In this document: piece by piece, positions 48,641 through 59,905 of the stretch | How the letters are laid out: each line of letters opens with the position of its first letter | Numbering within the stretch: the stretch's first letter is position 1 | Assembly (NCBI GenBank): GCA_000002445.1 | Contig: CP000068.1 | Coordinates: 448,001-512,000, forward strand | Source of the DNA: Trypanosoma brucei | Taxonomy: Eukaryota | DNA length: 64,000 bases | Reading direction: 5' to 3' | The notes under the pieces: model-generated | What the model saw: the letters and a program-made list of their open reading frames with translations, nothing else | The model's database searches: none | What the model was told of the DNA's origin: nothing | Made by a program: the position numbers and the translations under genes

Positions 48641-50341
48641 TCACAGAGGGTACACGGGCACACATTTATCGGATTCTGCACATGACGACTGAAAGTAGTT
48701 AGCGACAACAGGGCGGGGTCGTTGAGCTGGTGGTATCGCACGATGTTGTTCACTTGGACACACAACCTGCGACGTGGCTTCACCAACTTTTCTCGCACCA
48801 CTTCCACCAGCTGCGGAGAAATCTTCCCCTCTTTCAACTGCTCTTGACGTCCATTCTTTGCCCGAGGATACTTCCGCTTGATCCCTTTGGATCTCACTGC
48901 CACCAAGTGCAGCATGTGCAAATATGTTCACATCACAGCCACGAAGGATACTAGTGAAGTCAACATTTCTGTTGTGCTCTTCAACGCTACCTCCTGCTCC
49001 CACACCACCATCACTCTGTTCAGAAGCTACTGGCCGATGAGATCCTCTATCAGCTCGAATTTCGTATAGCTGAGTCAGTCCTGCAGCGGTACATTGCCTA
49101 TAGATACTACCATTTTTCTCATCTCTTGGGTCAGTACCCGCATTCTTGTCCGCGAGAGACTCGCTGATGAGCCGTGAATCAAGTAGGGACCTAAAGTCGG
49201 ATATCTCCTTGGACTTTGTCGAAGGAGGTTCCTTCACTTTGGGGTTTCCGAATTCACCGACGTCGTAGCTGGAGGCATCGTTGTCCTTTCGAAGAGTCGA
49301 ACTCCCTATCCCTTCGGTACATGACGCACTGGACCACGTGGTAGGTTGGTGGGGCAGCGAAGTCTTCATTGATGTTTCGTACACACCCCCCAGGTGCGTA
49401 GACGGGTCCAAAGAAGGCAATACTTCTCCCGCACTTTGTGGAGTCAATCTATTTCCACTACTCCCGCTATTTACGGGAATATTGCCAACAGTATCAAATG
49501 CACGAAAGGCTAAATCCGTGGCACAGTTGGCATTTTCAACCTCCGTTGTCCTTGTTGTGACGAAAGAATTCACCATGTGACCATTAGAAATCCACGCTAC
49601 ACCATCACCAAACGCTGCCTCACTTGGTATTCCCACGCTTGGGATAAAAGGGCCAACATATGGTGGAGGAGCTCCCGGAAAGGGGAAAAGGAAAGCACCC
49701 GGGGCGAGTTGCACGAGTTGTCCTGAGGTGTCAGCCAAGTTCACAACACTAAGATAAACATTATTGCCGCTGGTAGGGTAATGTACACTCGTAGGTTGAA
49801 TTGTACTTTTGGCTTCGACACCCCTCGCTTTGTTTGTAAATACGCTCATATTCGCACGATTTTGCCTTGACAACTTACCTTTCGTTATTTTTGGCGGTGG
49901 TTTAACTCCCTTTAATTCAGTATCTTCCGTAAATGGCACGGTAGCCTCGGAGTTGCTCAGATGATGGGGTGATCCGACACTGCTTCCCCCTTTTGGAGAG
50001 AGAAGCTCAGCTTCATGCCATGAACAGTATGTTACTCTTCCACTAGCACCAGCCGTTGTCTCGTTTGCAGTGCTTTCCATTCCGCTCTCAAAACTGGCAC
50101 ACGGCAAGACAGACCTTTGCTCAGCATTACTACCTCCCTGGGCGCTTTCCACATTAGTGTCGCCACGTTCTCTGCTGTCTCGACTCTTTGGTCCTTCTTC
50201 CTCATGCCGCAACTCATCCTCCCCGTGCGCGAATGCACATCGATCACCAAACTGACACTCACCATTTTCCATGAAGTAGGTGCAAAGAGAAGTTTTGTAT
50301 TTTGACGCCTTCACGATATCATGTTTCCGGTTTCTCGCCAT
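48641..50341 (-). CDS. ZC3H13: CCCH zinc-finger protein, large paralogue (566 aa from the ATG at 50339-50341; the 586-aa ORF in the track starts at a TTG)
   Basis: KYKTSLCTYFMENGECQFGDRCAFAHGEDELR finger, with the same N-terminal layout as ZC3H12 (basic leader KxNKH..VKxSKY then finger). Long Ser/Thr/Pro-rich C-terminal region. The ATG was verified, and the upstream in-frame codon at 50399-50401 is complement caa, i.e. TTG. Confidence 0.7.
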   Translation of the reverse strand: MARNRKHDIVKASKYKTSLCTYFMENGECQFGDRCAFAHGEDELRHEEEGPKSRDSRERGDTNVESAQGGSNAEQRSVLPCASFESGMESTANETTAGASGRVTYCSWHEAELLSPKGGSSVGSPHHLSNSEATVPFTEDTELKGVKPPPKITKGKLSRQNRANMSVFTNKARGVEAKSTIQPTSVHYPTSGNNVYLSVVNLADTSGQLVQLAPGAFLFPFPGAPPPYVGPFIPSVGIPSEAAFGDGVAWISNGHMVNSFVTTRTTEVENANCATDLAFRAFDTVGNIPVNSGSSGNRLTPQSAGEVLPSLDPSTHLGGVYETSMKTSLPHQPTTWSSASCTEGIGSSTLRKDNDASSYDVGEFGNPKVKEPPSTKSKEISDFRSLLDSRLISESLADKNAGTDPRDEKNGSIYRQCTAAGLTQLYEIRADRGSHRPVASEQSDGGVGAGGSVEEHNRNVDFTSILRGCDVNIFAHAALGGSEIQRDQAEVSSGKEWTSRAVERGEDFSAAGGSGARKVGEATSQVVCPSEQHRAIPPAQRPRPVVANYFQSSCAESDKCVPVYPL

Positions 50342-53300
50342 ATTACCGGCTATATAAGGGTCCCAGTATATATATATTTGACACCTCTCTACAGGCAACA
50401 ACTGTGGTTATATCCCTCCTATATTCGGACCTTCCAGTCGGCGACCTGTAGGAATTGCTATGGGAACGAAAAGCACTCCTAACCTCCAGAATCTCTTATG
50501 TGCTCTTTCTCGAGGAAAAAAAGAAATTACGAAAAAAAGCTCCAACGGCAGTAAGAAGGTAAGGCAGGGAACACAGTTGTATTCGGTACCCCAAATCGGT
50601 ACTACAAGAAACAAAGCCGATAATGTCATATGAAACAAACAACAAAAAGGGGAAAACATTTCAATAAGGGACAGCCTTCGGCTGCAGAGTTTTCCTTTCC
50701 CGTACTCACGTCTCAGTTGGTGTTTCAGTAAAAAAGGGTTCTTCCACATGCATGCGGATTACTACAGAGAGAACACAACCAGAAATCAATCACCACCGTT
50801 CAACGATGCATCTCAAACAATAAACATCAATGACCTGCTTTTCCCCGAGTGAGGGAATAGAATGAAGAGCAATTACATTTCAAACGACAAAATATCAATA
50901 GCAATTTAGAAATACTATAAGAGAACACATCACCGTACTATTTGAGCCGAAAGACATCAGGTGTGTATGACATCCCGTTTTAAGCAAGGAACAGACACTT
51001 AAAAAGTACTCAAAATTGTAAAGCAGCGATGCCGCCGTTACGTAAAGCAATATCACACGGGAAATACAAGGCTTCGCGTACCGAGGTAGTGGTTCAACAA
51101 CTGTACAAATACCGGTAAGATATCAAACAAGTTGACTGAGTATGCTGGAGGAAGTTACCAACTACACAACAAATACTTTGTTCTCAACCGTATACAAGAG
51201 TTTTTAAAAAGGATATGATCTAAGGTATTTCATGCATCTGCTTGCCATTTGAACAAATAATTAAAATGCACCCCGCGTTCTACAACGAGCGGCTAAATAA
51301 TAACAACAATAATACAACGATGATGAATTAAAGTAAAAAAAAAATGATGATCTACACGCAAACGCGGTTGACACCCCGCAGCGTAAAAAGAACAAACGAA
51401 CACTCAAAACTGTGAGGGTAGAAACAATGGAAGCAGTACGTCAATGAGTAAAACAAGCCCTTGCTTTGGGGGGAGGTAAATAATACGAAGCATCGAAATT
51501 CACGCTACTTTAAAGTAAATTCCTCTCGCGAACTTCAACCGTTAGTTTGAATTACACACACCACTGGATTAATTCCCTCTCTTCAGAGCCGTGTCAAATA
51601 CTTCCCATCCGAAACATCGGCAAACATGCAGGGATGACAGCGAATGCTTGTCACACCTCAATATATACAATCCATAAAACACAAGACAATACCAGGTTCT
51701 GTACACATCAGTCAGTTACGAAAGCCGTAACACGGTAATTGGTTAAATACAAACGTAAGCATGCGGATGTTAGTGCATGTATCCCGCCACAGCAAGGGGA
51801 TCCGGAAAAAGAAACACCAAAATGAAGCCAGCAACGTCTAAAAGTAGCGCAATCGATCAGACAGATGCGAAGACACACGATGCAGACATTTTTTTTAAAT
51901 GCAGCAGCAGTTCTCCACCGACAAATATTACAACGAAAACAGAATATTCCACGACACTAATCCCACTAAACGGAAAAAATGGGTCAGAACATCCACCAGC
52001 CGCACACTTATGTTAGAAAGCAACGCCACTCCATCCCGCACAAACATCCAATGCCCTCTCTGAAGGTTACAACTGCCCTGCATCTGCGTTGAAACAGACT
52101 AACAAAAAATAAAATAAAATAACCGCCTCTGCCTTCAAAGGGGGTGGGGGCTGCACTCGCCTGCGGCAGCTCTCTTAAAAAACGGCCGCGCTTACTGTTG
52201 TGCCTCCGCTGACGTTGACATTTGGCCAGAAGAGGTGAAGGGCTACTGCTCACAGAAGGAGACGCCGCACGAAAAGCTGCGAGGATAGCACACGGCCATG
52301 TACATGCCGGAGAGGGGCCGCGGCTTCAACTGGCATTGGTGCAAGTGCGCTCAACAATGGTGCGTAAAGTACTCACCGCGGTCCCATTAGCAGCCACCGG
52401 GGCGGTACATTTCAAGCCACAGGCTGCAGGTGGTGAGGTGCACCAATCCGCTTGCCGCGTCGCCACTTCCGCCGGTTATCAATACCAAGTGGTAATTAGG
52501 GCGGGGCCCCCGCAAGAAAAAAAAAACGAAACAGCCACCAAGGAGCAAACGGTTGAAAGGGGCAAAAAAAAAAAAATAACGGCAAAGAAGCGCGAGGCGC
52601 CCGCCGACCTAACGACATTGGCAGGGTTGCTTTAAACGGCACCGCCAAAGCGAGAAACAACACCCCCACTTGAAAGGGCCGCGCGGACGTCGACCGGGCT
52701 TCATTAGCGGTGGGAATCTCTGAAAACATCAGGCACGCAAATACCCGGGCGCGGCCTGCACACCATACCGGTTGTTCCTTGTTTCTGGAGGCTGTCGCGT
52801 GTCATCAAGACGGTACCTACTGTAGTGTGCCTTGTGGAACGTCCATCGATGACAGATACGGGCGAGAGTGGAGACGGTCCCTCATTTCTTGAGGAAAAGG
52901 CAACCCCCCCCCCCCAAAAAAAAAAATAATAATAATGAAAAATGCAGGTAATAGTATTCGCCGGCGCACCTCCCCTTTAATTTCGTTTGGAACGTTTCCT
53001 GCAAGATTAAGGAGGGGATTATGCGTCGCACACGGAAGGGCATGATAGAACTAACCCGAAGAAAAGTAACGACAACCTTCCTATTCGTGCTTTCTCACCG
53101 TTGGATAAAGGGTAATGGTCAAACGGGCAGAAGAACCGACTTCACGCTACAACAATGCTCGGTGGGGTGGGTGGTAGTCAACGCAGCCGCGTTGAAATTT
53201 GAAAAGAGAAGAGCGGTGAAATACAAACTTGAGAACAACCAAAACGATAAAACATGTAGATGTGAGCTTTTGCGGAAAACTCGCCTTGCCGGAAGAGATT

Positions 53301-56300
53301 GCTTCCTTCGTCGAGTCACAGACATCTGCGCAGTGCGGCGTACCGGACAATGGCGCCGCGGCTTGGCAGGTGGCCGCACAACTGGGTGCATCAGCTGAAA
53401 GTAAACGAAGCGTCGGAAATACACCGGAAAGGAGCCAGAGTGGCGACGGTATTAAGGGTAGAATTGCTGTCACCACGTCTACAGTAAAAACTTTGGATAG
53501 AGGCGATCGTTGTGGAAGCACCCGCCGAAACACGTTTCAAATAAATCTGCAACCGTGCTCCCAAGGGAAAAGGCAAAGAAAAAAAAAGGGAAGCAGCGAC
53601 GGAGGGGAGACGTTGAGAGGTTGCTCTTTTCTCAGGTACGCTAGCGGATGGAGTGTTTTTAAAAAATATTCGCCCGTTGTCCCAGTGGCAGAAAGAGGAG
53701 GGGAGGCATTTGGGGAAGTGGTCGTAGAATAGTTAACATGCACATAAAGAAAGGAATTGCCTAACAGAGTTTTCGTATTTTGGACAACAGAGGTTGCTGG
53801 GGGATCATGAGCGTGGGAGCCTTAAGCCTCCAGCGGTTCCCGGTCGTGAGCCCCTTCAAAAAGCAGCTGAGTAGCTGTTGAGTCTACAACGATAGATTTG
53901 AGAGAGAGATAGAGGAGGGTAATTAGCGGACCCAACTTATTCTGTGCCTGTGGCCCCGCAATTATAAGAGGGTTTCATTTCTTGACAGTTGAGGCTCTTG
54001 CTGCGGTAGACTGGTCTTGAGTTTTTTTTTCCAAGCACAGCCCAAACTGACAGGAGCGGCGACTGACTCAAACACCTTTATCAATTTTGCTACGATCGCA
54101 TCACTATTTCCGTCCCATGTCATTGTAGTATAAACTGGTAGTCGCTTCTTGCTCCATTCAAACGGTGGGGAATCTCTGAGGCAGCGGTCTCCTCCGCTTC
54201 TCAAGGCAGTTCACATGCATAACTTATCTTGCAGAGGTGCTGTTGTGGCTGGTGATGAGCAATTTGACATTCATTAATTGGTAAGTAGTTTAGAGGAGCT
54301 CAAAGGCGTTATTTGATACGGCAGTTGGTTGTTTTGTTTGGAAACAAATTGGGGTCATATTGGTTCTAACTGTCCGTAATAGGGCGGCTCGGACAATCCG
54401 AGGGAGTTTTTCCCCTTTCAATTACTATTCATCACGGGATTTTCAATAATTTTATTGTTCATACTTTTTTTCGTTTATTGTAATTTATCATGAAAATGCG
54501 TGTGCCAATAATTTTTTAAATTATAATTTCTATTTGTCATTTCGTTTTTTTCTCTAAATTTCTTTTTACAATGTTTTTTATTTTCATCGAGATGAAACTG
54601 GATTTTCGGTGTATGAGGTTTTAAATTGAATATTAGTGGGTTATTGTAGCTATTTGTTGAAGGAACATCTTGTTTATTTTACTCTGTTGTTTTATATTGA
54701 GGTCTCCCCTATGTTTTCACTGATGGTTGGGGTTTTGTGTGGATTATTCTCATTTCGTTTTTTCTTTTTGGCGCCACGACCGATCGCTGATGTGTCTGGT
54801 TATTCGATGTGCGTTAAAAAAATTTAAATGGTCGTGCGGACATTCTTTGGCAGTTGTGTGTCAATGGAGACGTGCACGTGAATCGCCACTTTGTTTCAAG
54901 TAGACATGTTTTAATTTTTTAAACCTAAACCTAGCTCTCTTGAAGCGTTGCACAGTCTGGTCGGTGAAGTTGCAGTTGGTGCAATTTTTTGCTCTGTGGG
55001 ATCAATGCTTGCTCTGCTTGTACATCCCGATATGTAGGCCCTGATATGGGTTCTAAATAATGTTGTTTGGGTAATTAATAGTGTTTGATGACGTGTTTGC
55101 TGGTGTTTTCATATCGAACCTACTTGTTGTTTGCAATGCCGTGTGACATATCTTCCCTTTCGTGGAGCATTTTTTTTTAAATAGAAAAAAGTTTCTTGTG
55201 GCGCTTTTTATCTTTTATATTTTAGGGAGATTAAAATTTGATTTTCAACCGTTAAAAAGTTCTTGTTATTTATTTTCTTTCCCACTTTACCTTGAGATTA
55301 ATGTTGTTGATGCTAGGTAGTTTATGTTCCGACGTAGTGATTAATTGTTTAGTTTGTATTGTATGCTTGTCCATAGTTCGTTTATTCTTACGGATGCCTT
55401 AGTGGTGCAGATACATGGGAGTCGTGCTGTGAATAGACAAAAAGAATAACTATATACTTTGAAGATTAACAGATTGCACCTCTCCGGGGGAGGGTATACC
55501 ATTTTTGTTGTTGATTTCACGTATTTTGCGGATTGACCAGTTTACCACTTCAGGCCCAGTAACAGTTGTTCTAAGATCATTGATGTACTTTTTATTTGGG
55601 TATCCTGTATATTTTTATCAAAAGGTTATTTTCTATTACACGCAAAGTTTCTCGTACCTGTAGAAATGCTCTTGGGTTAACTGCACTCTTTACTTACATT
55701 GTGCTAATGAGTGATATGGACGTATGTGTCCAGTTGAATATTATTTTTCTCGCGTATTATGTGTTTAATGTTTTTCAATTGCTCCCCTTTCCTCATCTCC
55801 GTCATTTGTCCTCTTATCTTTGCTAGACAATAATGGTAAATGCATCCGATAGTAAACAGCACTTGCCTAAAAAAAATTATACTTCATACGGTGCTATTAT
55901 TATTTGTAGGCAAGTGCTGTTTATCACTGTTATTATTATCATTAATGTTATCTTTTGTGAATCTTGTGGCTGGCTTTATCTTTTTTACTTTGTTGTTACT
56001 TTCCCCTATTCTGCTGTTACTGAAACATGTTTCGTCGACTATGTGATACACAATTTTGTTATAACGTATGTGTTTGAGTTAATAGATGTAGATAAAAGAT
56101 GCCACTCCATAATGCATTTTTATTGGTTCATTTCTCTTCCGGAGGAAGATGCTTCCATTTTTTTATTTTTTAGAAATTTAAATGGGTTTATTTAATTATG
56201 ATTGTGTACGGCACATTTTAAACCAGATTTCGCTCTGTTTTGTTAATGTACTTATGCCAAAATGCGGGGTATTTTGTTTTATAAAGTGTTAAATTTATTT

Positions 56301-57211
56301 TCTGATCTTTGTGGTGCGTAACGAAAATTTAACACCAACGATCACCCTCGGACAAACCACTTTAGATATTAAATAACCGGAACTACTATGATCCTAACAA
56401 TATATAAGAATATACAAACATCTGTAAAGTTTTAAAATTTGTATATACTTATAATTTAAGCGCCTGAGCAATGGCCAACTGCATCGTTTAATATCACTTT
56501 CATTTTTCATTTTTTTTTAAAAAACGATGTCTGTGTTGTTATTGATCGGAGAAAAATTAGGAGGTTGCGTGTTATTCTATTTACCCTCCTAACAGTCACT
56601 TTCTTTTTTTTTCACGACGATTTCATCTCACTTTGAACCCAACGAGTTGTGTGATTTTATTGCCAGAATATGCGCTGTTACCTCTTTGAAAATTCATAGT
56701 TCATGCTTTTTGAATTCAACGCTTGAGTTTTATCGAAAAGAAGCGAATGAAGTCTTTTCCCTTTTCATCGTTGTGTTGCGGCACCGATGCTTTTTTTTTT
56801 CTGGCTCCACTTACGAACAGTTGGAAAAAATATTTTTCCTAGTGCGAGTGCAGAGCAACTGGTCAGCTTTAAAAAGTTTTTTTTAGAATGCTAAACTTTA
56901 AAAAATAATATCGTGTTGTCATCCAGATACATTTTAGAAAATGGTTAGCAACTGGGATTGCAAGTCATATATTCTGGCACACGTTGATGTTTGGTTTGAT
57001 ACATATTTTATTGTGTTATATTTTTGCTATTATTTTATTGGGGAATTTATCTTCGATATGCGCTCATAAGCACCGACTTCTTTTTATATTTGTACTACTA
57101 CTGCAACCTGACCACCGTTCATATGTGTATATATATTAACTACAGTTTCTTGCTCGAAGGGTCCGGCACCTTAAGGTACATTAGCGTAGTAAGGTTGTTG
57201 GATTTACCGCG
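50342..57211. other. Divergent strand-switch region between the leftward and rightward polycistronic units. Putative RNA polymerase II transcription start region.
   Basis: All supported genes left of it are minus-strand and all to the right are plus-strand. It contains no long coding-like ORF. Composition is strand-mirrored: 50.4-52.1 kb is A/C-rich on plus (GT-rich on minus), and 54.3-57.0 kb is GT-rich on plus. Between them lies a GC-rich 52.1-54.2 kb island with a C13A11 run at 52905-52929. Confidence 0.75.
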
Positions 57212-57976
57212 ATGGTGATAAAGAAGGATGTTCCTTTCAAGTACACGCTACATCAAGGACTATGTGAGCGGGATCCAGTTTTGAGCACCCCTTTGATAAT
57301 TACGGCGGGAGTAGATGGCAATGAATTGCAGTACCGTCTTGACATGCAAGTTCCATCGCATTCAGCTATTGAAGGCATGGAGGTTACTAACGTGGAGTTC
57401 CTCTTTACAAGTAGCAAATGTAACGCGGGTAAATCAAATCAACATCTTTCTAAGTGTAGCATGTTAGTGTACTTGTACATGCAACTGCTTGATGGTGTAG
57501 GCAGACCCACGAGTCCACCGTTTCCTATATCATGTTGCAACACCCATACTGGGAAAGGCATTTTTTCGTGCGTAAAGCTGCCCCTTCAGGTTAATCAACA
57601 GTGCAGATTCTATTTGGTTCGAAGAAGTTGTACAGATAGTGCTTCCCAGAGTGCTATGGAACTTAAGGGTGTGCGCTTTACCAGTAAGTTGTACCTTTTG
57701 TATCGTTCACCGCTGAATTCTGCAAAAGTTCGGAGTCAGATGGACGTACTCACAGGTGGCGATCTAAAATTTACGGCAGATACCGAAGTAATGACTTCTA
57801 CCGGTGCGAAACGCAGTCGTGAGGAATTAGAGCGATTCGGATCTGAAAATTCTGATCGCAAGGGGAAAAAAGCAAAGAGGGAAAGGGAAACGGCGACCAC
57901 GATGGATAGGGCTTCCGATGATGAACCCCCAAACCTTATTTATGCCTTCGTGTCAGGAGGAGACAATGAGAGTTAA
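57212..57976 (+). CDS. Hypothetical protein, 254 aa, first gene of the rightward unit. Has a basic, NLS-like C-terminal region.
   Basis: ATG-initiated ORF (atg gtg ata aag) with coding-like, non-repetitive composition. C-terminal KRSREELERFGSENSDRKGKKAKRERE. Confidence 0.45.
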   Translation: MVIKKDVPFKYTLHQGLCERDPVLSTPLIITAGVDGNELQYRLDMQVPSHSAIEGMEVTNVEFLFTSSKCNAGKSNQHLSKCSMLVYLYMQLLDGVGRPTSPPFPISCCNTHTGKGIFSCVKLPLQVNQQCRFYLVRRSCTDSASQSAMELKGVRFTSKLYLLYRSPLNSAKVRSQMDVLTGGDLKFTADTEVMTSTGAKRSREELERFGSENSDRKGKKAKRERETATTMDRASDDEPPNLIYAFVSGGDNES

Positions 57977-59905
57977 TAATTGTGCGCATATTAAGTTCGC
58001 CATCCCCCCCCCCCCGAGGCATGCTGTCAATATTTTTGACCGTCGCATTATCACATTGCGGCATTTTTTTGCCTGTAGTTCCGTTTTTTCTTGGTGATTT
58101 TTGTCGGTTTTACCTTTTCGATTTATACATATCTACATTGCCACGATTAAGATCCGCTTTCTTCATGTTAATGAAAACAAGCATCATTACTTTTCTCCTC
58201 TGTGACATGTAAATTCGCAAAAAAAAAAACTCTTTCCCCACATTTTCTTAGTTTTAATGTAGTACATACGGTGGTTCATAATTTAGATGGCTGCTATTTT
58301 CTAATGCTTAGATTCACAAAATACTTTAAATAAGTAAAGTGAAATTGGCTATGCATTTTTGGACAAGTGTTTAAGGCCTTGTGTGAATAACATTACTTAA
58401 CTTTCTGGATTGCTGTATAAATGGTTGAGATGACACTACTTTTTTGTTTTTTTTAATTTTAAAGATGAGCAAGAGGGTGTTTGTGGTTTTCTATGTACCT
58501 CATTAATTTCATACAGCGATAAATTTCTATCATTCTGGAAGTGGGTTTCATTTGCGAGGGAATCAATTGAGATGTTGGTTTTTCAACGTTGCGAGAGAAT
58601 CTCTTGGACTGCTGCAATGACACAGGAAGTTACAACATTGATGTCACTACATTTTTATTGGCAAAGGCGATCGTAAGAGTGCGCGGTATATATTCCCCAA
58701 CGTGAAGGGGGAAATGCGTAAAATATGCATGTGTGTGAGCTTGGCCCTTTACAAAATATAAAATATAACAGCAGAGTAGTAGCATTCTACGGTTTCTGTT
58801 AGACTTTCCATCTTCTTACTGCAATGATGTGAGTTCCTTTGTTACGTGTTTCTTTTGTTTTTGCAGTGTGACTCAATTGGAGATATCCGGGCGTCTGTAC
58901 CGGGGTACGCGCAACTAATGAAGGAAATACTTTAGTATCAACTATTTTTCTTTACCTTTTGCGGAACATTTTTAAAAATTATTATTATTTTGACCGTTGT
59001 TATGTGATATTAAAAAGTTGATAGTGTTCATTTGTTTTGGTTTTATTACACCGAAGACTCGCTATCGGTGTTTTTAGTGTATTTTCTCAGTTATCGTTTT
59101 GCTTTCCTTAGCAGCACGTGGTCAAGGGTTCGATTTTTTTCCCCCTTTGCCATTTGCAGGTGTTTTTGCTGCGACACGGTAAATGGGGATGCCAGCAACT
59201 GAGTTGTCCTGGTAGCTTGGGCAGATATGTCATTTTTCAATTCTACCCAACATCTACAGTTGTTTGATTCATTTCTCTCTTATTTTTATTTTTTACTTTG
59301 GTTTTTTTAAACATTTGGAAGATGACATCCTGAAGGATCGGGGTGATATACCTTCTAAAACGATAAATGGCACGGGGCTGCAATTTAACAGCAAGTTACT
59401 ACCTCAGGAATTACTGGTGATGAACTAAGGTAGTGAAGACCATGCGCGCAGTCCTGTTCGCTGCCGTACCGTCCGTGTGCGGTTTGTAAACAGCTGCAAA
59501 CTTACTTTCTTTTATCGATCGATTTGTTTTTTTAAAGATAAACTTTTTGCAAGGGATTTTGATGTACTCAATTATTTTTGTAAATATACGTGGTTTCGTC
59601 ATTCGAAAAATCTTTGAACACGCGGCAATTCTTTAGGTAACTGTGGGATCGCGTCTTCTTTTTATGCGACGGCATTTAAACGTAGGAGCTGCTGTTCTGT
59701 GAGGTTGCTGTGACTTACTCTGCACCATGGTTGTTCACTGCTCCCTTAATGCTTCTATTTTTTGAAATGTTTAAATCTATATCCCATCGTGTTTAACGCA
59801 CTTGTAGGAAAACCCGCGGAGAACAACATTTATTTTTGTCATCATTAATGCTATTATTACCCTTTTTTTTTGCAATCTCTTAATAGGGTTTACGTGGTCA
59901 TTTGA

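Noticed and set aside
50342-50401. Extra 20 N-terminal codons on the ZC3H13 ORF as given in the track
   Set aside because: The track's first codon is TTG (complement caa at 50399-50401). The first ATG is at 50339-50341 and gives MARNRKHD..., parallel to the MAKKNKHV... start of ZC3H12.
52470-52530. ccaagtggtaattagggcgggg resembling a tRNA D-loop
   Set aside because: I could not fold a cloverleaf, and there is no T-loop consensus within 80 nt. It is retained only as part of the unassigned GC-rich island.
54300-57000. 2.7-kb AT/GT-rich block considered as a possible centromere or retroelement
   Set aside because: There is no tandem periodicity, no long terminal or inverted repeats, and no reverse-transcriptase, transposase or other coding potential. 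Composition and position fit the GT-rich arm of a divergent strand-switch region instead.
59100-59160. gggttcgatttttttcc resembling a tRNA T-loop followed by a Pol III terminator
   Set aside because: No acceptor-stem or D-arm pairing can be built around it. It is probably a chance match inside the 5' flank of the 618-aa gene.
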